From the NCBI GenBank assembly GCA_026014495.1, contig JAOZIF010000112.1, positions 1 through 18,047 on the forward strand: a DNA stretch of 18,047 bases, written 5' to 3'. Made by a program: the position numbers and the translations under genes. Shown piece by piece: positions 15,992-18,047 of this stretch. Origin of the DNA: Candidatus Bathyarchaeum sp. (GTDB lineage Archaea > Thermoproteota > Bathyarchaeia > Bathyarchaeales > Bathyarchaeaceae). How positions within the stretch are numbered: the first letter of the stretch is position 1; each line of letters begins with the position of its first letter. Below the pieces are notes generated by a model. It searched no databases. It had not been told where the DNA came from and saw only the letters and a list, made by a program, of their open reading frames with translations.

Positions 15992-16855
15992 TTAGCCCTC
16001 ACTTACTTTTTGTCCAGTTAGTTCAACAAACACGTCTTCTAGATTTGATTCGCGAAGGATTATGGTTTTTAGGTCCTGAGGCAAATTCTGAACATATCTT
16101 TTCGCTGCAGCTTTATCAGGAAAATAGTTGTACTTGGTACCTAAGTCCGCTGTAAGCGTTTCAACAGCAAATAATCCTAATTTTTGACGCAGCTCTACAG
16201 GCTTATCAAGAGCAATCAATCTCCCTTGATGTAATATTCCTACACGATTACATAGTGCCTCTGCTTCTTCGATGTAATGGGTTGTAAGAAAAATTGTGGT
16301 GCCATCACGATTCAGACGCCTTATTAATTCCCATAAACGACGGCGTGTCTGAGCATCTAATCCCACAGTAGGTTCATCTAAAAATAGAATCTTAGGACGA
16401 TGAATCAAAGCTCGAATAATCATCACTCGTTTTTGCATTCCTCCAGAAAGCGCCATCGCCATACGGTCAGCTTGGTCGGTCAGTCCAACAAAATCTAGCA
16501 GTTCGTTAATGCGGCGTTTGCGTTCAGAGGATTCAATATGATGAAGCCGAGCATGTAACTCCAGATTCTCTCTTACATCTAAATCTCGGTCTAGGCTCAT
16601 ATGCTGCTGAGCTATTCCGAACTCATTTTTTACTTTATCAGCTTGAGTTACTACATCAAAACCGTTTACAACTGCACGTCCAGATGTGGGCTTAGTCAAG
16701 GTGGTCAGCATACGAATAGTTGTAGTTTTCCCAGCCCCGTTGGGTCCAAGGAAACCAAATGTTTCACCTGCATGAATATTAAGATTCAGATTTTGAACAG
16801 CACTGATTTTTCCATAGTTTTTGGTCAAATCCTCGGTTACTATTATATCAGTCAC
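15992..16855 (-). CDS. ABC-2 type transporter ATP-binding subunit (NodI/DrrA-like)
   Basis: Walker A GPNGAGKTT, signature LSGGMQKR, Walker B ILFLDEPT, H-loop TTHYIEEAE, C-terminal NLEDVFVELTG. GTG overlaps the cbiZ stop (TAGTG). Confidence 0.92.
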   Translation of the reverse strand: MTDIIVTEDLTKNYGKISAVQNLNLNIHAGETFGFLGPNGAGKTTTIRMLTTLTKPTSGRAVVNGFDVVTQADKVKNEFGIAQQHMSLDRDLDVRENLELHARLHHIESSERKRRINELLDFVGLTDQADRMAMALSGGMQKRVMIIRALIHRPKILFLDEPTVGLDAQTRRRLWELIRRLNRDGTTIFLTTHYIEEAEALCNRVGILHQGRLIALDKPVELRQKLGLFAVETLTADLGTKYNYFPDKAAAKRYVQNLPQDLKTIILRESNLEDVFVELTGQKVSEG

Positions 16856-17637
16856 TAATCAACTACTCCAAGTCTTGATGAATCTTTTTTGTTGTCTGAG
16901 ACCCAAAGTTCATGTTTTCGTATTGTTTCAGCTACTGCAATTTTGGTTGAGGCTCCGATTAATTCGCCTAACTTTGTGTGACCACCTGTGTGTCGTACTT
17001 TCTTGTCAGGGTCAGTTCCAGAGATGACAATCATGTTGTCGGTTCCTGTTCCAGTTGCTTGATTTTCAGGTGAAATTGAGCTTCGGGCATCCATATCTTG
17101 GAGTGCAGCGGTTTTTGCTTCAGTCGCAGTAATTATGGATCGTGCCATAGCTCCATCAGACAAAGTTACATTTGTCAAAAGAATTATGTTGATTGTCCCA
17201 AGTTTCACGTATTTTCCATCTTGTTCAATCCAATCAACTTTATCGACTCCAGAACGCAAAGCATTACCCACACCTCCTGTAGCCAAACAGCAAACAATAC
17301 GGTCACGATACGATTTTTCACAAACAGCCAAATTGTTCATGTTTGCGCCTGTGCTCAAAAAGGTGAGGTCTTCACTGGGGAGTCCTAAAACATTAGGAAA
17401 GTTTTCTGTGAATTCATCATAGTTTTGCATTGTGCTTTGTGACAACTCAAAAGGCTGATAATGGTTAGCAACAAAACGTACTTCTCTGTAGCCATCCAAT
17501 GTGGAAATAACTCGACGTTTTTGGTTAAAAGAAACAAGTAGAGTGTTCACGTCAACGTTTTGATACTTGTGATAAAGAACCTCTGCCTTCACATTTTCTA
17601 GGTTTAGTTTGATTTCCTTTTTCTTCATTTTATCCAT
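16855..17637 (-). CDS. cbiZ: Adenosylcobinamide amidohydrolase (corrinoid salvage/remodelling)
   Basis: FLSTGANM, ATGGVGNA, GTINIILL, ITATEAKTAALQD, ATGTGTD, GGHTKLGELIG. Start is ATG 17637 or TTG 17640, after AAGGAG, rather than 17670. Confidence 0.88.
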   Translation of the reverse strand: MDKMKKKEIKLNLENVKAEVLYHKYQNVDVNTLLVSFNQKRRVISTLDGYREVRFVANHYQPFELSQSTMQNYDEFTENFPNVLGLPSEDLTFLSTGANMNNLAVCEKSYRDRIVCCLATGGVGNALRSGVDKVDWIEQDGKYVKLGTINIILLTNVTLSDGAMARSIITATEAKTAALQDMDARSSISPENQATGTGTDNMIVISGTDPDKKVRHTGGHTKLGELIGASTKIAVAETIRKHELWVSDNKKDSSRLGVVD

Positions 17638-17670
17638 CAAGTTGCTGTGCTCCTTCAAGTAAACTCTCAA

Positions 17671-17701
17671 ATTTAATAAAATGTGGTGTCATTTCCATTT
17701 T
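17671..17701 (-). promoter_or_regulatory. Possible internal promoter/operator upstream of cbiZ
   Basis: Minus-strand TTTTATTAAA (17681-17672) lies about 35 nt before the cbiZ start, next to inverted repeat AAATG-N6-CATTT (17679-17694). Confidence 0.3.
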
Positions 17702-17710
17702 TGGGCATGT

Positions 17711-18046
17711 TCAGTATTTTGCCATAAGTTTTGGCGGAAGTATATTTTCGGCACTATTAGTTTCTGATTCTAGAGGCGTAATCTGAGGAATACCAAGAAC
17801 AGATTTTGTCACCTTCGATTTAATTCCGTAAACAGCTTCTATGTTTTCTTCAGTCAACACTGAATCTGGAGTCCCAGCGGCAAAGATGGCCCCTTTTTCG
17901 AGCAGCATCAGCCTGTCAGAGAATCTGCTTGCCAAGTTTAAATCATGTATTGAAATAATTACTGAGCAGTGTTTGCTCTGGGCTAAAGTCTTAAGGATAC
18001 ATAAGATTTCTAGTTGGTGTCTAATGTCTAGGGAACTTGTTGGTTC
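17711..18046 (-). CDS. btuD: Cobalamin/Fe-siderophore ABC importer ATP-binding subunit (BtuD/FecE-like), C-terminal part; 5' end outside window
   Basis: The frame is open to the window edge: EPTSSLDIRHQLEIL...ISIHDLNLASRFSDRLMLL..G..FAAGTPDSVLTEENIEAVYG. B12 specificity is inferred only from adjacency to cbiZ. Confidence 0.78.
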   Translation of the reverse strand, partial: EPTSSLDIRHQLEILCILKTLAQSKHCSVIISIHDLNLASRFSDRLMLLEKGAIFAAGTPDSVLTEENIEAVYGIKSKVTKSVLGIPQITPLESETNSAENILPPKLMAKY

Positions 18047-18047
18047 G

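Noticed and set aside
168-17422. All other short alternate-frame and antisense ORFs in the track (e.g. 809-1228, 7540-7821, 8077-8484, 8285-8686, 12248-12598, 17098-17388)
   Set aside because: Each overlaps a confidently assigned gene and none has a recognisable motif or independent start signals.

Overview
An archaeal-type tetrapyrrole/corrinoid supercluster fills the whole window. A ~70-bp divergent promoter region (7103-7171) separates two tightly coupled operons. Leftward (-): an unusual glutamine amidotransferase, then sirC, hemB, hemL, hemC, cobA and hemD. Rightward (+): hemA, a cbiX-cbiC fusion, cbiD, cbiE, cbiT, cbiL, cbiF, cbiG and cbiH (anaerobic, cobalt-early corrin ring synthesis). 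A third, convergent (-) operon enters from the right edge: a partial BtuD/FecE-like ATPase, cbiZ, and an ABC-2 exporter-type ATPase and permease. The most unusual elements are: (1) a 520-aa amidotransferase with inverted domain order (CobQ-like glutaminase first, CobB/CbiA-like synthetase second), placed at the head of the hem/sirC operon, with no canonical cbiA or cbiP in the window; (2) a half-size CbiX(S)/CfbA-like chelatase fused to CbiC; (3) a cbiG/cbiH junction where cbiH has no canonical start near its expected N-terminus and one extra base would give a CbiG-CbiH fusion; (4) an ABC-2 export-type transporter translationally coupled to the corrinoid salvage gene cbiZ. No cbiJ, rRNA, tRNA, CRISPR, mobile element or riboswitch was recognised. 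An archaeal origin is inferred from the protein families and TATA/BRE-like signals. A Bathyarchaeia-like host is only an impression. All assignments are motif-based by eye; no database search was run.
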